Source: a bacterium
GTDB lineage: Bacteria; Patescibacteriota; Minisyncoccia; Moranbacterales; UBA2206
Direction of reading: 5' to 3'
Assembly (NCBI GenBank): GCA_030654225.1
Contig: JAURXY010000031.1
Coordinates: 1,431-65,430, forward strand
Length of the DNA: 64,000 nt
This document shows, in pieces, positions 1 through 9,861 of this stretch (positions are counted from its first letter, which is position 1; each line of letters begins with the position of its first letter). The notes below the pieces were generated by a model that saw only the letters and a program-made list of their open reading frames with translations, made no database searches and was not told where the DNA came from. A program made the position numbers and the translations under genes.

Positions 1-221
1 TTTTGCGATAATCTAATTACTAGTCCAGAAAATTCCTCATCACTTACAAGAATATTGCTTCCTCCACCCAACACAAAAATTTCCAAATTATTTTCTTTGG
101 CAAAATCCAACGCTTCTAAAATTTCATCTTCAGAGCCCGCTTCTACGAAGTATTTCGCCGGCCCGCCAATTTTGAAAGTAGTCAGTGGCGCCAGCGAAAT
201 GTTTTTTTGAATGTTAATCAT
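1..221 (-). CDS. murB: UDP-N-acetylenolpyruvoylglucosamine reductase MurB, N-terminal part (gene continues beyond window start)
   Basis: Reverse-complement translation from ATG at 221: MINIQKNISLAPLTTFKIGGPAKYFVEAGSEDEILEALDFAKENNLEIFVLGGGSNILVSDEEF, a typical MurB FAD-binding N-terminus. Position downstream of murC fits the dcw cluster order. Confidence 0.6.
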   Translation of the reverse strand, partial: MINIQKNISLAPLTTFKIGGPAKYFVEAGSEDEILEALDFAKENNLEIFVLGGGSNILVSDEEFSGLVIRLSQ

Positions 222-228
222 AATATTA

Positions 229-2952
229 TTATTTATTCTCCGCTTTTCTTATTTCCTCCCAATAAAATACTGCTAGTGTTGAAAGAGCAACTATCACCCA
301 GTCAATCCAGTCAATCGGCGACATATGCAGATATTTTTGAAAAAATGGAATATACATAAATGCCAGAAGCATAAACACAGAAAACCCTATCGCGCCCAAA
401 ACATATTTATTTTTGAAAAATCCCAATTGAAACGGCGAGAGTTTAGCACTGCGAGATTGCAAGAGATTGGCCATTTGCGTCATTGAAATAATTGCGTAGG
501 CTGCTGTGGTGGATTTGATATATAAAAGTGAAGTTGCATCAATCTTGCCTCCAAAATGCCAGCCACCGCGAAGCATCGACCAGATAAATGCTACTGTTGC
601 TCCAGCTGCCATAATTATACCAAGATATATGATTCTTCGAAAGCCCGCAAAATCCATTACCTGTCTTTTTTTGGAATTTTCTCCTTCCTTACTATCTGGC
701 TCTGGCGGTTCCAAACTCAAAGAAAAAGACGGCAAAATATCTGTGCCTAAATCAACCGCTAAAATTTGAATGGCTGAAATCGGAGAAGGAATTTGCAAAA
801 TTACTCCAAAAAGAACAGTGAAAAGTTCACTGGTATTAGAAGTGAAAACATAATGCACAAATTTTTTGAGATTGGAAAAAATTGTCCGTCCTTCTCGCAC
901 GCCCTTCACAATCGAAGCAAAATTGTCATCCATCAGAATCATGTCCGATGCTTCTTTGGAAACGTCAGTGCCAATTATCCCCATCGCCACTCCAATATCC
1001 GCTTTTTTCAGTGCTGGCGCATCATTGACGCCGTCCCCTGTCATTGCGATAACTTCACCATATTTTTTGAGCACTGTGGCGATGCGCAATTTTTGTTCTG
1101 GCGCAATTCTGGCAAACACACAAGTTCCATTATTGATTCTTCTGTATATTTCTTTGTCGCTCAAACTATCCAAAACTTTTCCGTTAATTACTAATTTATT
1201 TTCTTGATCACTGGTCATCGATTCTTGTTCACTGATTAATCCAGCTTTTTTAGCAATCGCCCGACCAGTTATCTCGTAATCCCCCGTTATCATAATAACT
1301 TTTATCCCCAACTTTTTGCAGTCCGATATTGCTTGCGCTACGTCAGCTCTCGGCGGATCAATCATAGCCATCATACCCACCCAAACTAAATCTTTTTCAG
1401 CTTCATCCTTTGCACTTTCTAATTTTTTATAAGCAAAAGCCAAAACACGCAGAGCTTCTTCGGACATCGAGTTATAAACTTTTTTTATTTTTTCTTTTTC
1501 TTCTTGATTAAATGGCAAAATATTTTCTCCGATTTTTATCTGCGTGCAAAGATCTAAGAGAACATCCGGCGAGCCTTTGACATAAGAAATTATTTTGTCA
1601 TTCTTAAAAATCACACTCATCCTCATTCGCTCGGAAGAAAAAGGATTTTCGGTGATTTTCTTTTCACTTTTTTCAAAAAAACCTTTCTGCGAATTGAATT
1701 TTTGCCCCGCCACAATTATCGCGCCTTCGGTCGGATCACCAATTATTGAGTAGATTTTTTTATTTTTCTTGAGCACGGCATCATTGCAAAGTGTTCCAAT
1801 TCTGAAAAGCATTTCAGCGTTAGGAATTTTAGCAATTTCAACTGTCTTTCCATTTTGCAAAAATTCACCTTTTGGCTCATAGCCCGTGCCCAAAACATCA
1901 ATTATTTCATCATTGAGAAAAATTTTTGTCACTGTGAGTTCATTTTTGGTTATCGTGCCAGTTTTGTCGGTACAAATTATCGAAACTGACCCCAGAGTTT
2001 CCACTGCATTCAATTTTTTCGCTAAAACATTATCCTTCAAAAGCCGTTTCATTCCCAGTGACAACGCCACTGAAATTGCGGCTGGCAACCCTTCCGGCAC
2101 AACCGAAACAGAAAGCGCCAGAGCAAAAAGAAAATTTTGATAGAGCGACATTTTGAAATATTGCCCACCGATCACCACTAAAACTCCAACCATCACCGAA
2201 AGGATTGTCACATCTCTCCCAAGTACTCGCATTTGTGATTGTAGCGGGGTTGGAGTATCCTCAACAGTTTGCACCGTGTCAGCAATGCGTCCGAGCTCCG
2301 TATTCATACCAGTTCCAATCACTAAAAACTTCGCTTCTCCAACGGAAACTGTTTCACCCATAAAAACCATATTAGTTATATCCGCTAGCGCAACTTTTTT
2401 TTCTTCCAAAATTCCCACTTCTTTTCTTTTGGGTTTTGTTTCACCAGTAAAAATAAAATTATTCACTTTCAAATCATAACTTTCCAAAATATATCCATCG
2501 GCTGGGATGTTATCACCAGAAGAAACAGAGATAACATCCCCTGGTACCACGAGCTTAGCATCGATTTCTTTTTTTTCACCTTCACGGATAACTACCGCTC
2601 TTTCTTTGGTAAGTTTTTTGATGCTATCCAAAATTCGTTCAGCTTTGAATTCTTGAAAAAATCCAATACTAGCATTGATAAAAACAATAATCAAAATTAT
2701 CGTCACATCGCGGTATTCGGAAAATAAAAACGCCAAAAAAGCCGCAACTAGCAAAATCCAAACCAACGCATCATTAAATTGCGCAAAAATAATCTTCGCC
2801 CATTTCCAATTCTGTTTCTTCTTAATTTCATTAAATCCATATTTTTTGATTCTTTCTTTCACTTCAAGCTCCGTTAGCCCCTGCTCACTAGCACTATATT
2901 TTTTCAAAACTTCTTGGAGTGTTAGGTTGTAATTTTGTTTTTTGTTTTTCAT
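229..2952 (-). CDS. P-type cation-transporting ATPase (Ca2+/Mg2+-type, P2 family)
   Basis: 907 aa. Phosphorylation motif CTDKTGTIT, hinge motif TGDGVNDAPALKKADIGVAMG, and about 10 TM segments. Confidence 0.85.
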   Translation of the reverse strand: MKNKKQNYNLTLQEVLKKYSASEQGLTELEVKERIKKYGFNEIKKKQNWKWAKIIFAQFNDALVWILLVAAFLAFLFSEYRDVTIILIIVFINASIGFFQEFKAERILDSIKKLTKERAVVIREGEKKEIDAKLVVPGDVISVSSGDNIPADGYILESYDLKVNNFIFTGETKPKRKEVGILEEKKVALADITNMVFMGETVSVGEAKFLVIGTGMNTELGRIADTVQTVEDTPTPLQSQMRVLGRDVTILSVMVGVLVVIGGQYFKMSLYQNFLFALALSVSVVPEGLPAAISVALSLGMKRLLKDNVLAKKLNAVETLGSVSIICTDKTGTITKNELTVTKIFLNDEIIDVLGTGYEPKGEFLQNGKTVEIAKIPNAEMLFRIGTLCNDAVLKKNKKIYSIIGDPTEGAIIVAGQKFNSQKGFFEKSEKKITENPFSSERMRMSVIFKNDKIISYVKGSPDVLLDLCTQIKIGENILPFNQEEKEKIKKVYNSMSEEALRVLAFAYKKLESAKDEAEKDLVWVGMMAMIDPPRADVAQAISDCKKLGIKVIMITGDYEITGRAIAKKAGLISEQESMTSDQENKLVINGKVLDSLSDKEIYRRINNGTCVFARIAPEQKLRIATVLKKYGEVIAMTGDGVNDAPALKKADIGVAMGIIGTDVSKEASDMILMDDNFASIVKGVREGRTIFSNLKKFVHYVFTSNTSELFTVLFGVILQIPSPISAIQILAVDLGTDILPSFSLSLEPPEPDSKEGENSKKRQVMDFAGFRRIIYLGIIMAAGATVAFIWSMLRGGWHFGGKIDATSLLYIKSTTAAYAIISMTQMANLLQSRSAKLSPFQLGFFKNKYVLGAIGFSVFMLLAFMYIPFFQKYLHMSPIDWIDWVIVALSTLAVFYWEEIRKAENK

Positions 2953-2962
2953 TTTATATAAT

Positions 2963-3619
2963 TTATTCTAAAATATATTCTTCCAATTCTTTCTTCTCCC
3001 TAAAATAATCCGCGTTATTTTTTATATACTTTTCATATTCGCCAAAATTATTATCAAACTGTCCCAAAATTATTTCCTTATTGCACAACTTTCCATCTCT
3101 CTTCCCAGTATAATCCAAAAAGCTCGAATATGGCCAATCCTTTTCCAAGAACCCATGAATTTCGTGATTCGCATTCACATAAGCCGAAAGCAGAAGAAGA
3201 TATTCATTGGAGTTGATGTGAATGGATTTGAAAGGGCCCTGAAATAAAGATCCTGATCTTTCATGCTTAATATTAAAATATTTTGTATAGCTAGTGCCCA
3301 TCCTATGCATAAATTTTTCCACTCCCTTATTTTTTGATTGTTTCAGCATAAAATGATAATGATTAGGATTTAAACAATATGCCACTATTTCTACAAGAGG
3401 AGAAACAGAAGCTAAGCTTCGGGCTAGCCCGAAGCTTAGCTTCTGTTTCTCTTGCTTTTGTTTATCCCTTAAACTTCCAACTAATTTTTCATCATTAAAT
3501 TCATTCATCCCCAAAATAAACCTCTCATAATCTTTTCCACCCAAAAAAACCTCCCGCTTATCTACTCCGCGATTATATATGTGGTAATATTCGCCATTGG
3601 CAAATTCGGTTTTTCGCAT
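2963..3619 (-). CDS. IS200/IS605-like HUH (Y1) transposase / REP-associated tyrosine transposase (RAYT)-like protein
   Basis: 218 aa. Has YHIYNRG near the N-terminus and an HYHF (HUH) motif. Contains a 17-aa in-frame segment encoded by a perfect 52-bp palindrome. Confidence 0.55.
   Translation of the reverse strand: MRKTEFANGEYYHIYNRGVDKREVFLGGKDYERFILGMNEFNDEKLVGSLRDKQKQEKQKLSFGLARSLASVSPLVEIVAYCLNPNHYHFMLKQSKNKGVEKFMHRMGTSYTKYFNIKHERSGSLFQGPFKSIHINSNEYLLLLSAYVNANHEIHGFLEKDWPYSSFLDYTGKRDGKLCNKEIILGQFDNNFGEYEKYIKNNADYFREKKELEEYILE
3399..3450. repeat. perfect 52-bp palindrome (gagaaacagaagctaagcttcgggc ta gcccgaagcttagcttctgtttctc) inside the RAYT-like CDS
   Basis: Read directly from the sequence. 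The 25-bp arms are exact reverse complements around the central 'ta'. Confidence 0.9.
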
Positions 3620-3633
3620 TTAAATTTTATTTT

Positions 3634-4998
3634 TTATTTTTCCTTTAATTTCTCGGCGACTTCCCAGCCGTTGCCGGCGCCGATGGTGATGACGACATCA
3701 TCTGCTCCAATTCTATCTTGCAAAAATTCCACTGCGTCATCGATTGTTTTCAAATACTCGGCCTTATCTCGATCAAATTTGTTGATTAATTTCACTAAAT
3801 CACCAGAATTTACTTTTCCGTTATTTTCTCGGGCCGAACCATAAATATCCAAAACAATCACATGGTCAGCGTCGCCAAAAGATTGTGAGAATTCTTGCAA
3901 GAGCGCTTCCGTTCTTGAATATGAATGCGGATGAAAAACCGCCCAAATATTTTTCTCGGGATAAATTTCACGGGCACCTTTCAATGTCACCTTGAGTTCT
4001 TCAGGATGATGACCATAATCATCAATTAGAATTGCTCCATTTCGTTCTCCAATATATTCAAACCTTCTTTTGGTGCCTTGAAAATTTTTGAGCGCTTCTT
4101 TGGCTCTTTCTAAATCTAAATTTAATTTATGGCAAACGGCAATCACCGCCACCGCATTTAACACATTGTGTTTGCCGATTAATTTAGTTGCAAATTCTCC
4201 CAAAATTTTTCCATTATGTTCAACTTCAAATTTTTGTATTTCTTTACTTATAATTCGATATTCACATTCTTCGCCAAATCCATACGTCAAAACTGGGCAA
4301 GTAGCTTCTTTTGAAACTTCTAAGGTATCCACACTATCCCCCCAGACAACCAAAAATCCAGCCCTAGGAATTCTCGCTACAAAATCTTTGAATGTTTTTT
4401 TGTAATCAACAAAGGTTGGGAAAAAATCAGGATGATCAAAATCAACGCTCGTGAGAACCACAGCCTTTGGGTTATAAAATCTCAATTTATTTTGAAATTC
4501 ATCCGCTTCAATCACAAAAAACTCACCTTTGCCAATTAGGGCATTGCCTCCCCAATCAATAACTTTGCTACCAATTATCGCACTCGGATCAGTCCCCACC
4601 TCTTTCAAGATATGTGCGAGCATTGCAGATGTTGTTGTTTTGCCATGCGTTCCCGTGACGGCAATACCATATTTCTCATTAAAAAGTTCGCCTAAAATTT
4701 CTGGGTAACTAATCATCTCCAAGTTTCTTTTTTTCGCTTCCTGAAATTCACAATTATTATTTTCATTATAAGCCGTGGAATAAACCACCAGATCAACATC
4801 GGACGGAATATTTTTTACTTCAAATTTTTCAAAATATGGGATATTAAGTTTTTGCAAAATTTCATCAGTGAAAAATTTCTCGTTTGTATCAGAGCCCAAA
4901 ACTTCCACTCCCATAGAATGCAAAAATTCCACCGCCGCAATCACGCCTGAACCTTTGATACCAATCACATAAGCTTTCTTTATTTTTTCTAAATTCAT
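3634..4998 (-). CDS. murC: UDP-N-acetylmuramate--L-alanine ligase
   Basis: 454 aa. N-terminal GIKGSGVIAAVEFLHSMGVEVLGSD, P-loop GTHGKTTTSAML, and C-terminal IDDYGHHPEE are typical of MurC. Confidence 0.85.
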   Translation of the reverse strand: MNLEKIKKAYVIGIKGSGVIAAVEFLHSMGVEVLGSDTNEKFFTDEILQKLNIPYFEKFEVKNIPSDVDLVVYSTAYNENNNCEFQEAKKRNLEMISYPEILGELFNEKYGIAVTGTHGKTTTSAMLAHILKEVGTDPSAIIGSKVIDWGGNALIGKGEFFVIEADEFQNKLRFYNPKAVVLTSVDFDHPDFFPTFVDYKKTFKDFVARIPRAGFLVVWGDSVDTLEVSKEATCPVLTYGFGEECEYRIISKEIQKFEVEHNGKILGEFATKLIGKHNVLNAVAVIAVCHKLNLDLERAKEALKNFQGTKRRFEYIGERNGAILIDDYGHHPEELKVTLKGAREIYPEKNIWAVFHPHSYSRTEALLQEFSQSFGDADHVIVLDIYGSARENNGKVNSGDLVKLINKFDRDKAEYLKTIDDAVEFLQDRIGADDVVITIGAGNGWEVAEKLKEK

Positions 4999-5013
4999 AA
5001 TAATATTTTTAGA

Positions 5014-6130
5014 TTATTTTTTACCCAAAAAATCATCCCATCCTTTCCAACCCTTATCTTGATAAGCATTATATGGCGAACTAGGAAGATCTGCGAATTC
5101 TTTATATCTTGATTTATAATCATCCTGACTAGTAAATCCAATTTCTCGTACTTTTTTTTGAGCTTCTTCGAAGGATAGAATCTTTTTTGTTGTTCGCATC
5201 TCTCTGCCAGTACCTAAAAAGTCTCCCCAATCTATCCATCCTTTATCTTTGTAAAATTTACTAGCATCGCCTGGAAGTCCAAAAACATTTTTATATCTCA
5301 ATCCATAATCTTTTACACTCTTGAATCCATATTCTCTAGCTTTTATTCTCGCTTCTCCAAAAGATAAAAGATGCTCTGCTTGTTGCTTCATTCTCTCTGT
5401 TCCTAAAAAATCCAGCCAGTCTATCCATCCTTCCTTTTTATAAGATTCGTTCGGATTGTATAAGAGTCCTGAAAAATCCTTGTATCTTGATTTATAATCC
5501 TCTACATTTTTAAATTTACATGCTCTCGCTTTTTCTCGAGATTTCTCAAAAGATAATCTCTCCTGTTCCATTCCTAAAAAATTAGTCCAATTTTTCCAAC
5601 CCTTATCTCGATAAGCATTGTTTGGTGCACTAGGAAGACCTGCGAATTCTTTATATCTTAATTTATAATCATCATAACTCTTAAGCCCAATCTCTCTTAC
5701 TTTTTTTTGAGCTTCTTCGAATGATAGAATCTTTTTTATTGTTCGCATCTCTCTGCCAGTACCTAAAAAATCCCCCCAATCTATCCATCCCTTATCTTTA
5801 TAAACTGTATTTGGATTTCTTGGAAGGCCTAGAGCTTTTTTATATCCATCCTGATAGTCTTGACTGCTGGTAAATTTAAGTTCTCTGGCTTTATTTCTAG
5901 CTTCATCAAAAGAAAAAAGCTGTTCTGATTTTTGCTTTTCTCTTTCCTTATTTAAAAAATCTGTCCAATCTGTCCAACCTGCATCCTTATAAGCATAATC
6001 TGGATGACTTGGAAGTCCTGAAAAAAATTTATATTTTTCTCTATAATCCTTCCTGCTGTTTATTCCCAAACTTTTAATTTTTTCTCGAGCATCATTAAAT
6101 GACAAAATATTTTCGGATTTTCTATATTCT
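5014..6130. repeat. intragenic tandem coding repeats (~190 bp unit; ~540-bp super-repeat duplicated, e.g. 5153-5230 vs 5693-5770 nearly identical)
   Basis: Near-identical DNA blocks 'tcttttttgttgttcgcatctctctgccagtacctaaaaa...ctatccatcc' occur 540 bp apart. Confidence 0.7.
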
Positions 6131-6867
6131 TTTTTTTCTCTTAATGACTCGTTTTCAACTCTTGGTCCATTCTCTAAAAAATCTTTCATCGCCATTTTCC
6201 ATTTTTCCTTATCTCCTGGATAAATAAGTTCAGAAAAAATTTCTTGCGGTAGATCTTTCAATTCTTCTTTGGACATTTCCAGATAATTTTTTGCCTCTTC
6301 AAATCCTCCTTCGAATTGATGGATAATAAATGTAGCATTTCCCTCTTCATTGTTAATCAAAGCTAATTTATTTATCTTTTGAATTATAAAAGCGTAGTAA
6401 CTCAGTTGTCGCATCATATTAGGAGAATTCTCTCCCTCGATAACATTGTAATCTAAATTCATTTCACTCAAAAGTTCTACCAGAAATTGACTTCGTGGAA
6501 TGATTTTTTTTGGATCGATCCCTTCTCCGCTACCAATTATAATTTCTCCGGAATCAGGTGGCAAAATAACTTCATTTGTTTTCAAAAATTCTCCTGGTAA
6601 TTTCAAAAATGTTTTTTGGGCAATTTGATCATCCACAAAAGATTTAACATTAAAATGATAGGTAGGAGAAGTTCCTCTTGTCTGAATAACTTCCAAATAT
6701 TTTTCTGCACCCAAAAGAACTGCTACTCTTCTCAGATCTGTGTTTGTTTTTAATAATTCTTGTATTCCTTTATTTGTTTCTGCACGAAAAATCGTAGCTT
6801 CAGCTGATTCTTTTTCTGGAACTTTTATTTGGTTAACATTTGGAAAATTTGAAAAATGTTCAGGCAT
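5014..6867 (-). CDS. tandem-repeat protein of unknown function (six ~62-aa repeats with consensus LSFEEA..KARE.GFKS..DY...YK.F.GLP..P...YKDKGW.DW.DFLG) inserted between murG and murC
   Basis: 617 aa. An N-terminal ~250-aa unique domain is followed by 6 repeats. Repeats 2-3 and 5-6 are near-identical at the DNA level. Confidence 0.5.
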   Translation of the reverse strand: MPEHFSNFPNVNQIKVPEKESAEATIFRAETNKGIQELLKTNTDLRRVAVLLGAEKYLEVIQTRGTSPTYHFNVKSFVDDQIAQKTFLKLPGEFLKTNEVILPPDSGEIIIGSGEGIDPKKIIPRSQFLVELLSEMNLDYNVIEGENSPNMMRQLSYYAFIIQKINKLALINNEEGNATFIIHQFEGGFEEAKNYLEMSKEELKDLPQEIFSELIYPGDKEKWKMAMKDFLENGPRVENESLREKKEYRKSENILSFNDAREKIKSLGINSRKDYREKYKFFSGLPSHPDYAYKDAGWTDWTDFLNKEREKQKSEQLFSFDEARNKARELKFTSSQDYQDGYKKALGLPRNPNTVYKDKGWIDWGDFLGTGREMRTIKKILSFEEAQKKVREIGLKSYDDYKLRYKEFAGLPSAPNNAYRDKGWKNWTNFLGMEQERLSFEKSREKARACKFKNVEDYKSRYKDFSGLLYNPNESYKKEGWIDWLDFLGTERMKQQAEHLLSFGEARIKAREYGFKSVKDYGLRYKNVFGLPGDASKFYKDKGWIDWGDFLGTGREMRTTKKILSFEEAQKKVREIGFTSQDDYKSRYKEFADLPSSPYNAYQDKGWKGWDDFLGKK

Positions 6868-6877
6868 AAAATTTTAA

Positions 6878-7978
6878 TTATTTAATCATACCAATTATCC
6901 CATCCGCAATTCTCAAAGCAGCGTCAGGATGATAGAAAGCTTTTATGTTAGTTGATAATTTATTTCTAAGCTCCTCATTGTTCATGATTTCATCAATTTT
7001 AAAAAGCAACATATGCTCACCTAAATTACCTTCTTCCAAAACTATACAACCACCAATTTTCGCGATGGAATAAGCGTTCATTCTTTGATGATCATTTCCT
7101 GAATTTTCAAGAGGAATTATAATGGCTGGTTTTCCATTAGCGGCGATTTCGGAAATTGAAGAACTACCAGCGCGAGAAATTACTAAATCCGTTACAGCTA
7201 AGATGTCTTTCATTTCTTCCCCGATAAAAGACAGAGCATGATAGCCTTCTCTCCCATTTTTTATCCCAAGCTCTCCAGCTCTTTTCACTACTTCTTCAAA
7301 ATTATTCTCGCCAGTTTGATGAATGACTTGATATTTTCGCAAAAGCTCCGGCAGAACTTCCAATATTTTGTCATTAATGGCTTTTGCCCCTTGAGAACCA
7401 CCCCAAACAAAAATAGTTTTCTTCGATTCCAAAAGAGAAAAAATTTTTATGGCATTTTCTTTGTCGCCCTTATTGATGTCATCTCGCAAAGGACTTCCCG
7501 TGATCACAACTTGCTCAGCCGGAAAATAGCTTTCTGCGCTTGGGTACGATACGGCTACTCTTGTTGAAAATTTTGCCAAAAATGAATTGGCCATCCCTGG
7601 CTTAGCATCTGACTCATGGATAAGAACTGGGATTCGATATACCCATCCAGCTATAACAACCGGGAGCGATGCACAACCACCCTTAGAAAAAATTGCATCT
7701 GGCATAAACCAAAGGAGATGCCAAAGAGCTTGAATAACTCCCATTGGAATCCTAAAAAAATCAACAAAATTTTTCAGTGAAAAATATCGTCTCAACTTTC
7801 CCGTCATAACTGACTTAATTGATATCCCTTCAGCCTCCATAAGTCTTTTTTCTAATTTGCCATTGGGCCCAATAAACATAAACTCCGTATCAAGAGCTTT
7901 TTCCTTTATTTTTCGCGCCACAGCAATTAGGGGAATTATGTGCCCACCTGAATCACCACTCGTTAGAACTATTTTCAT
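6878..7978 (-). CDS. murG: undecaprenyldiphospho-muramoylpentapeptide beta-N-acetylglucosaminyltransferase
   Basis: 366 aa. N-terminal SGDSGGHIIPLIAV (MurG G-loop) and GGSQGA motif. Sits in dcw cluster context. Confidence 0.85.
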   Translation of the reverse strand: MKIVLTSGDSGGHIIPLIAVARKIKEKALDTEFMFIGPNGKLEKRLMEAEGISIKSVMTGKLRRYFSLKNFVDFFRIPMGVIQALWHLLWFMPDAIFSKGGCASLPVVIAGWVYRIPVLIHESDAKPGMANSFLAKFSTRVAVSYPSAESYFPAEQVVITGSPLRDDINKGDKENAIKIFSLLESKKTIFVWGGSQGAKAINDKILEVLPELLRKYQVIHQTGENNFEEVVKRAGELGIKNGREGYHALSFIGEEMKDILAVTDLVISRAGSSSISEIAANGKPAIIIPLENSGNDHQRMNAYSIAKIGGCIVLEEGNLGEHMLLFKIDEIMNNEELRNKLSTNIKAFYHPDAALRIADGIIGMIK

Positions 7979-8070
7979 ATATTTTATTTTAATAAATTAT
8001 TTTCGAAATATGTTTTTTTAAATTCAGTTGTACGATTTTTTCGTACACCTCACTAACTCCTTATTATTTT

Positions 8071-9204
8071 TTAATCATTATTAGAATGCTTTGAAATATT
8101 CAAAAGAATTCCGGCGGCTGACATGAGGAAAATAATTGAAGTTCCGCCGTAGCTGATAAAGGGCAAGGGAATTCCCGTGAGCGGAATAAGTCCGGAAATG
8201 GCTGCAATGTTTATGAAAGCTTGAAAAATTATCCAAGCAATTATTCCCACTGCCATAAATTTTCCAAAATTATCCGGGGCATTATTGGCAATTTTCAGAG
8301 CTCTTATCGCCAGATACACAAACAAACAAATCAAAAAACCGGCACCTAAAATTCCTAGCTCTTCAGCTATTATAGCAAAAATAGAATCCCCCACTGGCTC
8401 AGGCAGATAATTGAATTTTTGCAAGCTATGTCCTAATCCTACACCAAAAATCCCGCCTGTTCCAATCGCCAAGAGCGCCTGATTAATTTGATAACCTACT
8501 CCGCGTGGATCTAATTCCGGATGAAGAAAAACTAAAAATCTGTCCATGCGATATGATTCCATTTTGACAATTATCCCAAGAGCCATAAGTCCAGATATTC
8601 CCATAAAAAACATATGCGAAATTTTGGCGCCGGAAACAAAAAAGATCGAAATTGAAATTAGTATTATTACTCCTAGCGTTCCAACGTCCGGCTGTTTGAT
8701 CAAGAGAAAGCTCACGGCACCAAGCACAATGAGAAATGGCACCAGCCCCTCATAGAAATCTTTCACCTTATCCGATCGACTTTCGAGCCATGCTGAAAGA
8801 TAAATAATGATCGACAATTTCAACATTTCCGAAGGCTGAAAAGAAAAAGACCCCAGCCGAAGCCAGCGACTAGCGCCATATATTTTTGAACCAAAATTTG
8901 GGACAAAAACTAAAATCAAGCAAATTATACTCACAATAAAAAATAACAATGATATTTTTTTCCAAAATTTATAATTTATTTTTTGCATAACATACAAGGC
9001 CACAAGCCCTGGCATGACCCCGTAAATTAGTTGATGCTTGAAAAAATAATATGAGTCGCCAAAACGAGAGCGTGAATATGAAATTCCAGCCGAAGCAATC
9101 ATAACCAAGCCAAAAACAATCAAAATTAGAATGGTTGACAATAATTTTGAATCTATTTGGTTTCCTGCCTGCTGATGAGGCAGGTCGACTTTTCTTTTCT
9201 CCAT
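8071..9204 (-). CDS. ftsW: SEDS-family peptidoglycan glycosyltransferase FtsW/RodA
   Basis: 377 aa with about 10 TM helices and SEDS-like loops. Sits immediately upstream of murG. The annotated N-terminus overlaps the trmD 3' end, so the true start may be downstream. Confidence 0.75.
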   Translation of the reverse strand: MEKRKVDLPHQQAGNQIDSKLLSTILILIVFGLVMIASAGISYSRSRFGDSYYFFKHQLIYGVMPGLVALYVMQKINYKFWKKISLLFFIVSIICLILVFVPNFGSKIYGASRWLRLGSFSFQPSEMLKLSIIIYLSAWLESRSDKVKDFYEGLVPFLIVLGAVSFLLIKQPDVGTLGVIILISISIFFVSGAKISHMFFMGISGLMALGIIVKMESYRMDRFLVFLHPELDPRGVGYQINQALLAIGTGGIFGVGLGHSLQKFNYLPEPVGDSIFAIIAEELGILGAGFLICLFVYLAIRALKIANNAPDNFGKFMAVGIIAWIIFQAFINIAAISGLIPLTGIPLPFISYGGTSIIFLMSAAGILLNISKHSNND

Positions 9205-9830
9205 TCTGTTATTTTTTTATGATTACCTGACAATAAAATTGTTGGCACTTTCCATTCTTTTTTGGAAACCGAAAAAACTTCTGGTTTAGTATATTGCGGA
9301 TATTCCAGATAACCTTCACTGCTATGTGATTCGTCCTTTGCGCTTTCACTGTTTCCCAAAACTCCCGGGAGTAATCTAGAGATACTGTCGACTACTATCA
9401 TCGCTGGAATTTCTCCGCCAGTCAGAACATAATCACCAATAGAAATTTCTTCCTCCACTAAATTCTGAGCTACTCGCTCATCCACACCCTCATACCGCCC
9501 ACAAACAAAAATCAGATTGTCATATTTTGATAAACGCTTAGCATCGCTTTGGGTATATTTCTTCCCTTTAGCTGAAAATAATATTATCCGAGTTTTTTTT
9601 GGTTTTTTTATCGATTTTAAACATTTGTAAATTGGCTCTACTTTCATCACCATTCCGGCGCCACCGCCGTACGGCGTGTCGTCCACAGTCTGATGTTTGT
9701 CAGTAGTATAATCACGAAGATTATGAATTTTAATCTTAATTAATTTATTTTTCTGCGCCCGCGCTAAAATTGACTCGCCAAAATAAGAGTCAAATATTTG
9801 TGGAAAGATTGTAATAATATCAAACTTCAT
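9153..9830 (-). CDS. trmD: tRNA (guanine37-N1)-methyltransferase
   Basis: MKFDIITIFPQIFDSYFGESILARAQ...DDTPYGGGAGMV is a TrmD SPOUT signature. The ORF track extends the N-terminus to 10004 through a GC-rich repeat. The start at ATG 9830 (MKFD) is more plausible. Confidence 0.8.
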   Translation of the reverse strand: MKFDIITIFPQIFDSYFGESILARAQKNKLIKIKIHNLRDYTTDKHQTVDDTPYGGGAGMVMKVEPIYKCLKSIKKPKKTRIILFSAKGKKYTQSDAKRLSKYDNLIFVCGRYEGVDERVAQNLVEEEISIGDYVLTGGEIPAMIVVDSISRLLPGVLGNSESAKDESHSSEGYLEYPQYTKPEVFSVSKKEWKVPTILLSGNHKKITEWRKEKSTCLISRQETK

Positions 9831-9861
9831 ACAATTTAATTTCGTAGATTCGCATTTAATT

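Noticed and set aside
506-2932. Chain of plus-strand ORFs (87-133 aa) across the P-type ATPase locus
   Set aside because: They are antisense to a well-supported 907-aa CDS, low-complexity and without motifs. Spurious.
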